Positions 1 to 12,100 of a stretch of DNA of 64,000 nt are shown here, piece by piece. Location: NCBI RefSeq assembly GCF_032444005.1, contig NC_091282.1, forward strand, positions 83,638,001 through 83,702,000, read 5' to 3'. The DNA is from Ranitomeya imitator. Taxonomy: Eukaryota. The first letter of the stretch is position 1. The number at the start of each line of letters is the position of its first letter. A model generated the notes under the pieces. It was given only the letters and a program-made list of their open reading frames with translations, was not told the DNA's origin and searched no databases. The position numbers and the translations under genes were made by a program.

Positions 1-2859
1 CTTTTTTACACTGACTTGTGTTTGTGGTGCTCTCTTTTGATAAGAATTTGACCAGAATGTGGTCTGAGTGTCATCCTTTTTTTCTCGTATGTGGAGAAAA
101 TACAAAAGTTTCTTCACCTTATTTTTCAGGGACCCATAAACTTGTATTGTCGATTTTGATCTGATCAAAATCAGATATGTCTTCATGATTTTCCACAGAC
201 CGACATGAAAACTCAAGGACATGTGAATGGCCCAATAGACTATCACAGGTACTGAATGAGCCCTTAATCAGCATTCATTTAAAGGAAAATGAAACCTAGC
301 AATGAACCTTTAAATTTAACAAGAAATATAGTAGAACTTGCAATTTGTTTCGTGTGAAGATTTTTCTGCATGATTATAAAATGGTTTGTATTGTAGAAAT
401 CTTGCAGAAAACAAAGAGGTTGTTCTCCTGCTGACCAGTTCCACCTTCTGTTAACATGTGAACCTGTCGTTTTCACCGTGGGGTGATGGATAGCAGTATT
501 TCACACTACTATCAAACTTCCATAGTGTTAAGAAAAGAATGAGCAATGATCAAAAAATATTCATAAATATTTCCAGTTGTATTCAATTATGAAACAATTA
601 TCAAAACAACATTAAAATATGGATTGCAATTATATGGGACATGATACAGACAACTAAAGCAGCAGATGCATAAGTCACTCAATTTAATGACATTTATGAT
701 TACTCGAAAAGAGCTATAAAGTATATATTGTGCAAATCAATATATATTAGTAATACCCCAGGCAATTCATGATTTCTACAAAAAATGTGTCCAATACCCA
801 TAAGAACTACTGTGGTACTAATGGCAATCTTATGCCTACTGGCAAGTATAGATGCTGTTAAGGACATAAGTGCACTTATCCTAAACCTTAACTTATTATA
901 CCAATCATCAGCTAAATGCTAATATATGCGCCCAAACTATAACCTCTTAGTAACATGTACCTGTGTTCATAGAGAGAGGAGTATGCACTATGCTGCCCAA
1001 CAAGAACACCTCGACGCGCGTTTCACTGCCTCTGGCTTCTGCCACACTACTATGGCTGGGCAGGATTCTTCAGTTAGTTGTCTTACAGCCAGACACAAGA
1101 CCGTTATGGGAAAGACATGGCTGAGCTCCAACAACACAGACTTTATATATTTCTCAATTGCATATGATTTTTTTGTGATTAGTGATCTTTTAAGAGGCCT
1201 TTTTCATGGATCAATGCTGTTTGGGGACAAACATTGGTTTATATAATTGATCATTCTCCTTCCAGTTTACACATTGTAGGCAGCTCATCCGGATGTGATC
1301 ATCAGTCAACGTATGAGTATTTGCTCATTAGTCGGCTGATCCTACATGTTTATATGAGGGAGAGATAAGGAATGAGTTTTCTTATAACTGTTTGTGCAGT
1401 CAATTATCTGTCCATGCAAAAAAATAATCTTTTCGATTCTAGTGCAGTTCCAAAATTTCCATTGAAGTAAATGGAGAAATCTGCATATATGTTGCAACCT
1501 CTTCATTTTCAATGATAGAAGACGGGGCTTCATTCTTGAGATAGATTTGGGTCCTGGAGGTTGGGCCCCTCTAATGTGAATGGAGCGGTGACTGTGCATG
1601 CCTCTGCAGGAGTTCTGAAACTACTATAGAAGGGAACTTAGAGAGCTGTGCATGCAGGCTCATCCCTCATTACGTGACAACATGAGACTGGGGCCCGCTC
1701 TTCAGATAGGTGAGGGACCTTCATGTACCATACATTTATGGGGTGTCCTGAGGATATGATAAAGCATAATTGCTTTAGGCAGGATTGTGCTTATAATCAT
1801 AAAAATAAATACTGGAAACAAGAAGTTGTCCACTATTTTGGATAGGTCATCAATGTCTGATCGTTGGAGGTGCAAAACCCAGAACCCTCACAGATCAACT
1901 GTTTTCAGTGTCATCAACCAAAGAGTTACTCTGTCTACCGATAGTGCCCATGGCCAGGTACTACCCATCTGCCCCCTTTTCAAATTAATAGGGGGCGGAT
2001 GTGCCATACACGTCTGCAGCCACTATGAGTATCAGGAGCAGCTCCATAACTTAGCAGTTCCAGGCACCACCAGCAGCAAGAACAACTGATCAGCGTGGGT
2101 GCGGGTGTTGTACCCCCAACGATCAGACACTATTGACCTAACCTAAGAATAGGCCATCAATGTTGTAGTGGTGGATAACCTCTTTAAATATAGATAAACT
2201 AGTTTGAGGAAGCCAACCAAAATTGCATTGTGGGAGGTCTTCTAGAGCACTGACTTTCTGTAAGAAGATGGATAGTATTTAAAAAATGTAACAGAACTGA
2301 AAACCTGTCCCAGGAAATCTGATTTTAGCCAAAAGCTGGTCTTCTCAAAGACATGGTCTTTTGGAAAGATTCTGCTACCTTACAAAATTATTTTAAAGAA
2401 TTCAATTAATTCATTGTTTTTACCCCTTTAATAATGAGGACTGCTTGCAGAAAATCTCTACTTAATTGATATTAATGGACAGATGGCAGCTGTTTAACTT
2501 GAATGTCAACGTTTAGACTCCCCAAAGCTTCATGGCGATGTCTTCTTTTTAAGTAAACCATGATTCACCCGCATACATCAATTTCGGAGAGGGCAATTAC
2601 TTGTTTCCACTCTGTAGGATGACTTCTACAACTCCCAGCTTCATTTCAGAAATGGATTTACTTTATTGCACATTAACATCATCTTCTTCAGTTTGCAAAG
2701 TTCTGACAAAAGATGCATTTTCCTGTTTCCTGTTAGCAAATTGCATGTCATTCCCGAATGTTGCATTAGCGAGAGGAGCTCAGAAAACCGGTCTCTTTAT
2801 CCCCATGACAGTTATATGGCCCAGCTGGTAAGTGGAATGCAGCCTACTACAAAATCACT

Positions 2860-2902
2860 TCAATATATTGCAAGAAGTTTTTGGATCATGGCTTCTAATT
2901 TA
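2860..2902 (-). CDS. Candidate terminal coding exon of an unidentified minus-strand gene (..KLEAMIQKLLAIY*)
   Basis: Very long polypyrimidine acceptor on the minus strand (ttctcttgtataatttttttttctttctcattttttcag|T at 2902). Only one frame runs past the first few codons; it stops at TGA 2862-2860. AATAAA lies on the minus strand at 2667-2662. Confidence 0.4.
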
Positions 2903-3273
2903 CTGAAAAAATGAGAAAGAAAAAAAATTATACAAGAGAAAGAAGTAGCTCCATTGCAGAGTGATACAGAGACGAGTTTAAATTTACTGTACTTTCTGCA
3001 TTTATTTAACACGGAGTTCACATATCTTTTGGGTCACTCTGATACTTGTAAACTCTACATTAAGAGATTATAGACTGCAATTATTTAGTTTAAGTAATAA
3101 ATGGTCTGAATATTGTGAAATTTGTAACATTTGGATAAACTTTTTCTGAAATATTTAAATGTAATGTTTGATGTGAGGAGGCATTTACTATCACACTGTT
3201 TGGGCAGAGTTCGTGCTTTGTGAAGATTGCAGGATGCTGATATCTTCAATATCTATTTGTCAATAATTTCACT

Positions 3274-3571
3274 NNNNNNNNNNNNNNNNNNNNNNNNNNN
3301 NNNNNNNNNNNNNNNNNNNNNNNNNNNNNNNNNNNNNNNNNNNNNNNNNNNNNNNNNNNNNNNNNNNNNNNNNNNNNNNNNNNNNNNNNNNNNNNNNNNN
3401 NNNNNNNNNNNNNNNNNNNNNNNNNNNNNNNNNNNNNNNNNNNNNNNNNNNNNNNNNNNNNNNNNNNNNNNNNNNNNNNNNNNNNNNNNNNNNNNNNNNN
3501 NNNNNNNNNNNNNNNNNNNNNNNNNNNNNNNNNNNNNNNNNNNNNNNNNNNNNNNNNNNNNNNNNNNNNNN
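3274..3571. other. Assembly gap (298 N)
   Basis: Run of N in the sequence. Confidence 0.99.
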
Positions 3572-3613
3572 TGAAATGGAATTATAGAACAGCACCATTT
3601 AATGACTACTCAC

Positions 3614-3672
3614 ATGCCTTCAAACAAACATCCAATTTCTTCCATAGTATAGATACAAAGAAGGGAGCACTC
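3614..3672 (-). CDS. Candidate internal exon (59 nt) of the same minus-strand gene
   Basis: Acceptor tttttgcaatcttatattgttttgatag| and donor CAT|gtgagt. Read phase 0->2 it gives ECSLLCIYTMEEIGCLFEG(I) and joins the 2902 exon in frame. The N gap between the two could hide another exon. Confidence 0.4.
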
Positions 3673-3934
3673 CTATCAAAACAATATAAGATTGCAAAAA
3701 AAAGTGGACTTTATTAAGCCCAAATGGCAATGTTTCAGTTCATAGAACCTTTTTCAAGCAAAGTCAGAGTGCAAATGGAGGGGTATATATAGTTAGAAAA
3801 AATAATTTGTGCAATTGCATTCCATTAAGTTCATTACCATTATTACAAGTTCATAAAACTTAGTGTATTCATATACAGTCCATTATATAATAGAATTATA
3901 GTGTAGATATATACATAGAAAAAAAAATCAATTA

Positions 3935-6155
3935 CAGTTAAGTATTCATCCCCCTTGCCATTTTTCATGTTTTGCTACCTTACAATCTGGATTTTTTCTG
4001 TTTGTTTTGAGTGTTTGCATCAGTTCATGCACAGAGCATGCCTACAACTGTGAATATTTGGGTTTCATTTAATTGTGAAGCAAACAACAAATAGGACAAA
4101 ATAACTGAAAACATCAGTGTACACCCCCTATAGTTAGTACTGTAGAGCCTCCTTTTGAGGCATTTACAGCTGTAAGTCACTTTGGATAAGTCTCCATGAG
4201 CTTTCCACATTTGCCACCAGGATTTTTGCCCATTACTCAAGGTAAAACTGCTCCAGCTTCTTCAAGTTAGATGGTTTCCTCTGGTGAACAGCAATATTAA
4301 AGTCTGACCATAGATTCTCAATTGGTTTCCCCTTAAACCACTCAAGTGCTGCTTTAGCAAAATGCTTTGGATTATCGTCTTGTTGGAAGGTGAACCTTCA
4401 ATCCCAGTCTCAAATGACTGACAAACTGAAACAAATTTTGTTCAATTCATCTTGCCCTCGATTCGGACAATTTTCTCTGTCCATCCTGTCAACAAACATT
4501 CCCACAGCATGATGATGCCACCACCAAGTTTCACTATGGGGATGGTGTTCTTGGAGCGATGAGCTGTGTTGGTTTGGCCCCAGATACCACATTTAGCTTG
4601 ATGGAAAAAAGTTGAATTATCATCTCATCTGACCACAGCCCCTTCCTCCATACATTTGGGGAGTTGCCCACATGTGTTTTGGCAAACTCAAAATGTTTTC
4701 TGCCCACTTGTCCATAAAAGCCACCTCTATGAAGTGTACAACTTATTGTGGTTGTATGGACAGATAGTTTCTGCCTGGGAACTCTGCAGCTCTTTCGGGG
4801 TTATCTTTGGTCTCTGTGCTGCCTCTCTGATTAATGCCCTCCTTGCCCAGACTGACAGTTTTGATAGGTGGCACACTCTTGGCAGGTTTGATGTAGTAAA
4901 ATGTTCTTTTCATTTGATGATAATGGATTTGATGGTGCTCCCGTGGATCATCAGAGACTTGGTTTTTTTTGATAACCCAACCTTGACTTGTACTTCTTAA
5001 TAACTTTGTCCCTGACTTTGGAGATCTCCTTGGGCTTCATGGTGGTGTTTAGTTAGTGGTGCCTCTAGCTTAATGGTGTTGCTGCCTCCGTGGCCTTTCA
5101 GAAAATGTGTACATACTGACAGACCATGTGACACTAAAGGTACCGTCACAATAAGCGACGCTGCAGCGATTCCGACAACGATCCGGATCGCTGCAGCGTC
5201 GCTGTTTGGTCGCTGGAGAGCTGTCACACAGACAGCTCTCCAGCGACCAACGATGCCGGTAACCAGGGTAAACATCGGGTTACTAAGCGCAGGGCCGCGC
5301 TTAGTAACCCAATGTTTACCCTGGTTACCATCGTTAAAGTAAAAAAACAAACACTACATACTTACCTACCGCTGTCTGTCCTCGGCGCTCTGCTTCTCTG
5401 CTCTGTCTGTGAGCACAGCGGCCGGAAAGCAGAGCGGTGACGTCACCGCTCTGCTTTCCGGCTGCTCGGCGCTCACAGCCAGAGCAGAGAAGCAGAGCGC
5501 CGAGGACAGACAGCGGTAGGTAAGTATGTAGTGTTTGTTTTTTTACTTTAACGATGGTAACCAGGGTAAACATTGGGTTACTAAGCGCGGCCCTGCGCTT
5601 AGTAACCCGATGTTTACCCTGGTTACCAGCGAAGACATCGCTGAATCGGCGTCACACACACCGATTCAGCGATGTCAGCGGGAGGTCCAGCGACGAAATA
5701 AAGTTCTGGCCTTTCTTCCCCGACCAGCGATATCACAGCAGGGGCCTGATCGCTGCTGCGTGTCACACTGGACGATATCGCTAGCCAGGACGCTGCAACG
5801 TCACGGATCGCTAGCGATATTGTTTAGTGTGACGGTACCTTTAGATTGCACACAGGGGGACTTCCTTTCCCTAAGCATGTGACTTATAAAGGTAATTCCT
5901 TGCACCAGAAATGTTTATGGGCTTCATAGAAAGAGGGGTAAATACAGATGTACATGGAGATTTTCAGTTATTTTTTCCCATAACTTTAATTTATGCCTAC
6001 ATTTTTCTCACTTCACTTTTCTTCACTTCTCTATTCAGCTGCTTCAAACTGATGTGGAAATGGCAAAAGTCACAAAATTTATTCACAACTGCACATTGCA
6101 CAAAATTTTTGCCTCTTGTTAAAACATCTCAAACCAGTTTTCTGGTGTCAAAAGT
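3935..6155 (-). mobile_element. Degenerate Tc1/mariner element interrupted by a MITE
   Basis: TA|CAGT start. Minus-strand remnant MKPKEISKVRDKVIKKYKSRLGYQK near 5036, plus TVKLGGGIIMLW-like and QDDNPK-like decayed transposase segments. Right boundary approximate. Confidence 0.7.
5138..5840. mobile_element. PIF/Harbinger-like palindromic MITE (AGGTACCGTCAC TIR family)
   Basis: TIRs aggtaccgtcac / gtgacggtacct with TAA/TTA flanks. Extensive internal inverted repeats. Splits Tc1 sequence catgtgacac|ttagattgcacac. Superfamily inferred from the TWA target. Confidence 0.8.
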
Positions 6156-7329
6156 TTAATGAACTGCCTCATTGGCAATTATTGAGTCAACCTTATTAAG
6201 ACTGGTGTTTCATATTTTAGTCTAAAAAAAATAACCTATGAAATAAACTGGGACAAACACAATGAAAGGTACTAATATCAAAAGACTGAATGTCATTTCC
6301 AAACAGAACAGGTGTTTACAGGTGCATACTAGGAATAGTCACCTCCATATATAACTAACAAATAAAGTTGCACTCTCTAGTGTAATGGCATGAAGACATG
6401 AAATATATGAAACTGGAATTGCATTTCTGTTCTAGATAATAGGAAAAAGTGAAGATAGCACATAAATTGGCCAATTCATGAATACCCATCAGCCTGTAGC
6501 AGTTTTAATCACAGCAGAATCCCACCTACCTATATAAATGGAGGCTATAAGGCCATGAGAGGAAACCCATTATGTTATGTTCCCAGCAAAGAAGATCGCC
6601 CTGTCGATGGATGCTGGGCATACACAAATTACTCACTTTAAGTATCTTAGTTTTTCCTATTTTCTATAGCAGTAATGCAATTCTAATTTCATATATTTCA
6701 TGTTTACATGCTATAGCGTTACAAAGTTCAATTTTATTTGTTAGTTATTAATGAAAGGTACTGACTAGGGTTGAGCGAAACGGGTCGTTCATTTTCAAAA
6801 GTCGCCGACTTTTGGCAAAGTCGGGTTTCATGAAACCCGATCCGACCCCTGTGCGGGGTCGGCCATGCGGTACGTGACTTTTGCGCCAAAATCGCGTTTC
6901 AATGACGCGAAAAGCGCCATTTCTCAGCCAATGAAGGTAAACGCAGAGTGTGGGCAGCGTGATGACATAGGTCCTGGTCCCCACCATCTTAGAGAAGGGC
7001 ATTGCAGTGATTGGCTTGCTGTCTGCGGCATCACAGGGGCTATAAAGGGGCGTTCCCGCCGACCGCCATCTTACTGCTGCTGATCTGAGCTTAGGGAGAG
7101 GTTGCTGCCGCTTCGTCAGAAGCAGGGATAGCGTTAGGCAGGGTCCATTAACCACCAAACCGCTTGTGCTGTAGCGATTTGCACTGTCCAACACCACCTT
7201 CGGTGTGCAGGGACAGTGGAAGCTACATTTTTTTTTTTTTCCTCAGCGCTGTAGCTCATTGGGCTGCCCTAGAAGGCTCCCTGATAGCTGCATTGCTGTG
7301 TGTACGCCGCTGTGCAAACCAACTGCTTT

Positions 7330-8960
7330 TATAAATTTTCCCTGAAAAAAAAAAAAAAAAAAGTGGGAGATTAATATTGGCCTTTGGGCTTGTGTGCCAG
7401 TCCTAAGCGTGCCATCTCTCTCACAAATAGTGGGCCATAGAAAGCCTATTTATTTTTTTTTTTTTGGTTTTATAAATTCTCCCTGAAAAAAAAAGGGAGA
7501 TTAATATTGGCCGTTGGGCTTGTGTGCCAGTCCTAAGCGTGCCATCTCTCTCTCTCAAATAGTGGGCCATAGAAAGCCTATTTATTATTTTTTTATTGGG
7601 TTTATAAATTTTTCCTAAAAAAAAAAAAAAAAAAAAAAAGTTGGAGATTAATATTGGCCTCTGGGCTTGTGTGCCAGTCCTGAGCATGCCATCTCTCTCA
7701 CAAATAGTGGGCCATAGAAAGCCTATTTTTTTTTTTTTGGTTTTATAAATTCTCCCTAAAAAAAAAAGGGAGATTAATATTGGCCTTTGGGCTTGTGTGC
7801 CAGTCCTAAGCGTGCCATCTCTCTCTCTCAGATAGTGAGCCATAGAAAGCCTATTTATTTTTTTGGTTGATTTGGGTTCTAAATTCTACCTGAAAAAATC
7901 AATAAATCAATCAGTGGGAGATAAATATTGGCCTCTGGGCTTGTGTGCCACTCCTGACTCCTGTGTGTGTCATCTCTCACTCAGTGGGCCATAGAAAGCC
8001 TATTTTTTGTTTTATTTGTTTTCTAAATTCTCCCTGAAAAAATCATTTTATTTTATTTGGTTTCTAAATTCTTCCTGAAAAAATCATTTTTTTTATTATT
8101 TTTTTTTTCTAAAGTCTCCCTGAAAAAAAAAAAAATCAAATCAGTGGGAGATTAATATTGCCCTTTCTGCTTGTGTGCCAGTCTTGACTCCTGGGTGTGC
8201 CATCTCTCTCTCTCTCTCCAATTGTGGGCCATAGAAAGCCTATTATTTTTTTAGCTTGATTTGGGTCCCAAAATCTACCTGAAAAAATCACTACATCAAT
8301 CATTGGGAGAAAAATATTGGCCTCTGGGCTTGTGTGCCACTCATGACTCCTGTGTGCGTCATCTCTCACTCAGTGGGCCATAGAAAGCCTATTTTTTGTT
8401 TTATTTGTTTTCTAAATTCTCCCTGAAAAAATCATTTTATTTTATTTGGTTTCTAAATTCTTCCTGAAAAAATCATTTTATTCTATTATTTTTTTTTCTA
8501 AAGTCTCCCTGAAAAAAAAAAAAAAATCAGTGGGAGATTAATATTGCCCTTTCTGCTTGTGTGCCAGTCTTGACTCCTGGGTGTGCCATCTCTCTCTCTC
8601 TCTCCAATTGTGGGCCATAGAAAGCCTATTATTTTTTTAGCTTGATTTGGGTTCCAAAATCTACCTGAAAAAATCACTACATCAATCATTGGGAGATAAA
8701 TATTGGCCTCTGGGCTTGTGTGCCACTCCTGACTCCTGTGTGCGTCATCTCTCACTCAGTGGGCCATAGAAAGCCTATTTTTTGTTTTATTTGTTTTCTA
8801 AATTCTCCCTGAAGAAATCATTTTATTTTATTTGGTTTTTAAATTCTTCCTGAAAAAATCATTTTATTTTATTTTGTTTCTAAAGTCTCCCTGAAAAAAA
8901 AAAAAATAAAAAAAAACAGTGGGAGATTAATATTTACATTTGTGCTTCAGTGACAGTCCT
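7330..8960. repeat. Left subterminal tandem array of the hAT (about 10 units of 120-230 bp with A/T tracts)
   Basis: Recurring gtgggagattaatattggcc..gtgtgccagtcct..gccatctctctc..gtgggccatagaaagcctatt. Confidence 0.9.
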
Positions 8961-9141
8961 GCGTGTGTGGCATCTCTCTCATTTGGTGCCTCCAAAAACA
9001 GAGTGTGTAACATTGTGCCTGATTTTCGTTGTGGTCTCACCCACCTGTAAAGGGGTAGCTAAATCATACTGAAGTTATAGCTCACCGTGTAAGTTGTGTG
9101 ACAGCAACAAATACCGTTAGTTTGGTTACGTTTTTAAAACA

Positions 9142-12100
9142 ATGAGGAAGTCTTGTGGAAGAGGTCGTGGCCGGGGGCGTTCATTGTCAGCTGGTAATGA
9201 GGGTAGTGGTAGTGGTGGAGCATCAGGTGGTCATGGGAAAAAAAATATTGCACCTAAGTCTGGAGCTGTGGAGCCAGGTTCGTCGTCTGGCTACACAAGG
9301 CCTCGAACGCTCCCTTTTCTGGGAGTAGGAAAACCGCTTTTAAAGCCGGAGCAGCAAGAGCAAGTTTTGGCTTATCTTGCTGACTCAGCCTCTAGCTCTT
9401 TTGCCTCCTCTCGTGAAACTGGTAAATGTAAAAGCAGCGCGTCGTTAGTGGATGTTCACGGTCAGGGACAAGTCGCTTCCTTGTCCTCTTCAGCAAAAAC
9501 AACAACAGAGAAGAATGCAGCGGGCGACACAACGGGTTACTCCATGGAGCTCTTTACACATACCGTCCCTGGCTTAGAAAGTGAAGCAGTTAAGTCCATG
9601 CCCATTACAAGTTGAATCTGACATGGAGTGCACTGATGCACAGCCACAGCCAGACTACTTTGCTGGTCCTTTGACTCAGACCACAACATTGCCCTCGCAG
9701 GGTAATGATCAAGAATCAGACCCTGATGAGACTATGTTGCCCCGTCACGAACGCTCTCCCACCGACTTACACGGTGACACAGACGGAGTTGCGCACGAGC
9801 TAGAAGAGGAGGTCATAGATGACCCAGTTGTTGACCCCGATTGGCAGCCATTGGGGGAATAGGGTGCAGGCGGCAGCAGTTCTGAAGCGGAGGAGGAGGG
9901 GCCGCAGCAGGCATCAACATCGCAACAGGTTCCATCTGCCGGGCCCATATCTGGCCCAAAACGCGTGGCAAAGCCAAAACCTGTTGGAGGACAGCGTGGC
10001 CATCCGGTTAAAGCTCAGTCTGCAATGCCTGAAAAGGGATCCGATGCTAGAAAGAGTGCAGTCTGGCATTTTATTAAACAACATCCAATTGATCAGCGCA
10101 AAGTCATCTGTCAAAAATGTTCAACTACCTTAAGCAGAGGGCAGAATCTGAAAAGTCTCAATACAAGTTGCATGCATAGACATTTAACCACCATGCATTT
10201 GCAAGCTTGGACTAACTACCAAACGTCCCTTAAGGTTGTTGCACCCTCGGCCAATGAAGCTAGTCAGCAACGCAACATCCCTTCCGGCAGTGTAGGGCCA
10301 CCATTTTCCGCACCACCTGCAGTATCTGTGCAGGTTTCTTTGCCAGGCCAAAGCAGTCAGGATCAGGGAATCTCCAGTTTCGTATTAGGAAACACTGCAT
10401 CTAGGGCACCGGCGGCAACAATACCATCTCCCACCGTCTCTCAGTCTGCCATGTCCACCGGCACCCCCGCTAGTTCCACGATCTCCAGCTCTCCAGTCCA
10501 GCTCACCCTACATGAGACTATGGTTAGAAAAAGGAAGTACTTAGCCTCGCATCCGCGTACATAGGGTTTGAACGCCCACATAGCTAGACTAATCTCGTTA
10601 GAGATGATGCCCTACCGGTTAGTTGAAAGCGAAGCTTTCAAAGCCCTGATGGACTACGCTGTACCACGCTACGAGCTACCCAGTCGACACTTTTTTTCCA
10701 GAAAAGCCATCCCAGCCCTCCACAAGCATGTGAAAGAGCGCATCGTCCATGCACTCAGGCAATCTGTGAGCACAAAGGTGCACCTAACAACAGATGCATG
10801 GCCCAGTAGGCATGGCCAGGGACGTTACGTGTCCATCACGGCACACTGGGTGAATGTTGTGGATGCAGGGTCCACAGGGGACAGCAATTTTGGGACAGTT
10901 CTGCCTAGCCCACGGTCTAGGAAACAGTTGGCTGTAGCCGTTCGCACCCCCTCCTCCTCCTCCTCATCCTCCTGCAGAAGCGAGAGCTCGTCCACAGACC
11001 GCAGTCGCACAACCACTCCATCCGCAGCTGCCACTGTTGCACACCAGGTCTCCCATTATGGGGCAGCTACTGGCAAACGTCAGCAGGCTGTATTGGCTAT
11101 GAAGTGTTTGGGCGACAACAGACACACCGCGGAAGTTCTGTCCGAGTTCTTGCAGAAAGAAACGCAGTCGTGGCTGGGCACTGTAGATCTTGAGGCAGGC
11201 AAGGTAGTGAGTGATAACGGAAGGAATTTCATGGCTGCCATCTCCCTTTCCCAACTGAAACACATTCCTTGCCTGGCTCACACCTTAAACCTGGTGGTGC
11301 AGTGCTTCCTGAAAAGTTATCCAGGGTTATCCGACCTGCTCCTCAAAGTGCGTGGACTTTGCTCACATATCCGCCGTTCGCCCGTACACTCCAGCGGTAT
11401 GCAGACCTATCATCGTTCTTTGAACCTTCCCCAGCATCGCCTAATCATAGACGTTGCAACAAGGTGGAACTCAACACTGCACATGCTTCAGAGACTGTAC
11501 AAACAGAGGCGGGCTGTTAAGTTTTTGTGGGAGGATACACATACACGGGCAGGCAGTAGGATGGCAGACATGGAGTTGTCAGGTGTGCAGTGGTCGAAGA
11601 TTCAAGACATGTGTCAAGTCCTTCAGTGTTTTGAGGAATGCACACGGCTGGTTAGTGCAGACAACGCCATAATAGGCATGAGCATCCCCCTAATGGGTCT
11701 GCTGATGCAAAGTTTGACGCACATAAAGGATCAGGCGTCTGCAGCTGAGGAAGAGGAAAGTCTTGATGACAGTCAGCCATTGTCTGGCCAGGGCAGTGTA
11801 CAGGACGAGGTAGCGAGCGAAGAGGAGGAGGAGGACGAGGAGAATGATGGGGATGATTATATTTTTAATGAGGAAGCTTTTCCGGGGCCACTGGAAATTG
11901 GTTTCAAAAACCTGACCTGCACATCCAAACATAGACTGAGTGTGAACAGGTGCTGAACCCAGAGTCGCCAACTCGTATATAGTTAAATAAATAGGGCAGC
12001 ACACTGCAGCGCCAAAACATGCAAACTTGAAAAAACGAAATTTGAACTGCATTACTGCACTAGAAATATGAAAAATGAGAGCTTTTAGCGCACAAAAATG

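Noticed and set aside
3227-3598. Two ORFs of 109-115 aa
   Set aside because: Artefacts of the 298-N gap (poly-X translation).
5334-5882. ORFs beginning MFTLVT/MFFYFND repeated at 5.0-5.9 kb and 55.4-56.2 kb
   Set aside because: They derive from the palindromic MITE family, not from genes.
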